DNA of 64,000 nucleotides from an uncultured delta proteobacterium (GTDB taxonomy: Bacteria > Myxococcota_A > Polyangia > Fen-1088). How positions within the stretch are numbered: the first letter of the stretch is position 1; each line of letters opens with the position of its first letter. Below the pieces are notes generated by a model. It saw only the letters and a program-made list of their open reading frames with translations, did no database searches and had not been told where the DNA came from. Made by a program: the position numbers and the translations under genes. Location of the stretch: positions 960,001 to 1,024,000 of the forward strand of contig CAVYGB010000002.1 of the NCBI GenBank assembly GCA_963767925.1. The letters are read 5' to 3'. Below are positions 62,863 through 64,000 of the stretch, piece after piece.

Positions 62863-64000
62863 CTACTTCTTGCTCGCCCGTGTGGACGCGCCCTCGGCGG
62901 CCGCCAGCGAGGGGGCGGCGAGCACCTTGGCCACCTTGCGCAACAGCGAGTCGAAGGTGAGCGGCTTCTCGAGAAAGTCGATGCCCCGGGCCAGATCGCT
63001 GGGCGGCAGCCCCTGGTCCCAGCTATAGCCCGAGATGTAAAGCACGCGCAGGCCGGGCCGCTCCTGCTCCAGGCGGCGGGCCAGCTCCACCCCGCCCATG
63101 CTGGCCATCACGACGTCGGTCACGAGGAGGTGGATGGCGCCGGGATAGGCCCGCGCGCGGGCCAGGGCCTCGGCCCCGTCGGCCGCCGCCAGCACCTGGT
63201 ACCCGCCCTGGCGCAGCAGCCGCTCGGTCACCACCCGCACCCCGGGCTCGTCCTCGGCCAGCAGGATCGTCGCCTGGATCCCGGAAGGCGGCGTCACCGC
63301 CTCGGGCAGCGCCTCGGGCACGGCGCTCTCCGCCGCGCGCGGCAGGTACACCTTGAAGCTGCTGCCCTGCCCCGGCTGCGAATCGACGAGCACGCGCCCG
63401 CCGCTCTGGTCGACCACACCGTAGACCGTCGCCAGGCCCAGCCCGACCCCCTGGCCGACCTCCTTGGTGGTGAAGAACGGCTCGAACGCGCGCCGCCGGG
63501 TCTCGCCGTCCATGCCCACGCCGCTGTCGCTCACCGTGAGCACGACGTACGATCCGGCCGGCAGGGTCTCGTCCCCCTCGGCCGAGACCAGCGCCGTCTC
63601 GATGGTGAGGGTGCCGCCGCCGGCCATGGCGTCGCGGGCGTTGGTGGCCAGGTTGATGATGACCTGCTCGAGCTGCCCCGGATCGGCGCGCACCAGCGCC
63701 CCCAGGGGCGCCAGGGTGACCTCCAGCCCGACGTTCTCCCCGATCAGCCGGCGCAGCAGCCGCTCCATGTCGAGCACCAGCTTGTTCAGATCCAGCACCC
63801 GGGGCGCCAGGTTCTGCCGCCGGCTGAAGGCCAGGAGCTGACGGACCAGGTTGGCCCCCCGCTCGGCCGCGCCCCGCATCTCCTCGACCGCGGTCCGGGT
63901 GTGGGGGCCGAGCTGGGTCCCGCGCAGCAGCACGCTGGCGTTGGCCAGGACCACCGTGAGCAGGTTGTTGAAGTCGTGGGCCACCCCGCCGGCCAGGCGG
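62863..64000 (-). CDS. hybrid histidine kinase / response regulator (5'-partial, CckA-like)
   Basis: AGGVAHDFNNLL, NARDAM, PFFTTK, ILLAEDE, TDVVM, EKP. Confidence 0.95.
   Translation of the reverse strand, partial: RLAGGVAHDFNNLLTVVLANASVLLRGTQLGPHTRTAVEEMRGAAERGANLVRQLLAFSRRQNLAPRVLDLNKLVLDMERLLRRLIGENVGLEVTLAPLGALVRADPGQLEQVIINLATNARDAMAGGGTLTIETALVSAEGDETLPAGSYVVLTVSDSGVGMDGETRRRAFEPFFTTKEVGQGVGLGLATVYGVVDQSGGRVLVDSQPGQGSSFKVYLPRAAESAVPEALPEAVTPPSGIQATILLAEDEPGVRVVTERLLRQGGYQVLAAADGAEALARARAYPGAIHLLVTDVVMASMGGVELARRLEQERPGLRVLYISGYSWDQGLPPSDLARGIDFLEKPLTFDSLLRKVAKVLAAPSLAAAEGASTRASKK

Overview
Very GC-rich bacterial DNA with a gene content suggestive of Myxococcota (inference). 0-25 kb: signalling and osmotic/ion-stress genes (sensor kinases, wHTH plus two DUF5985-like genes, trehalose-6-P synthase/phosphatase, MscS, NhaP-type antiporter, NemR-like TetR with two operator boxes, ECF sigma fusion, Mrp/Pha operon, OprO/P-type porin). 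25-31 kb: uncharacterised DUF1592 cytochrome / DUF1552 / ankyrin operon associated with a REP-like palindrome, one copy of which is in frame inside a CDS. 32-51 kb: RecQ, LDAH-like hydrolase, LuxR plus pseudo-hydrolase/flavin-monooxygenase fusion, two simple-repeat tracts, OmpA, GNAT, MATE, RND pump, Ada-AlkA and Ogt. About 51.4-58.4 kb is an accessory region with an IS21 remnant, a lower-GC Schlafen(AlbA_2)-ATPase plus orphan ParA pair (best candidate for an undescribed system) and orphan operons. Several small frameshifts in otherwise intact genes suggest sequencing errors. No rRNA, tRNA or CRISPR array was recognised. Family assignments come from motif recognition by eye, not database searches.
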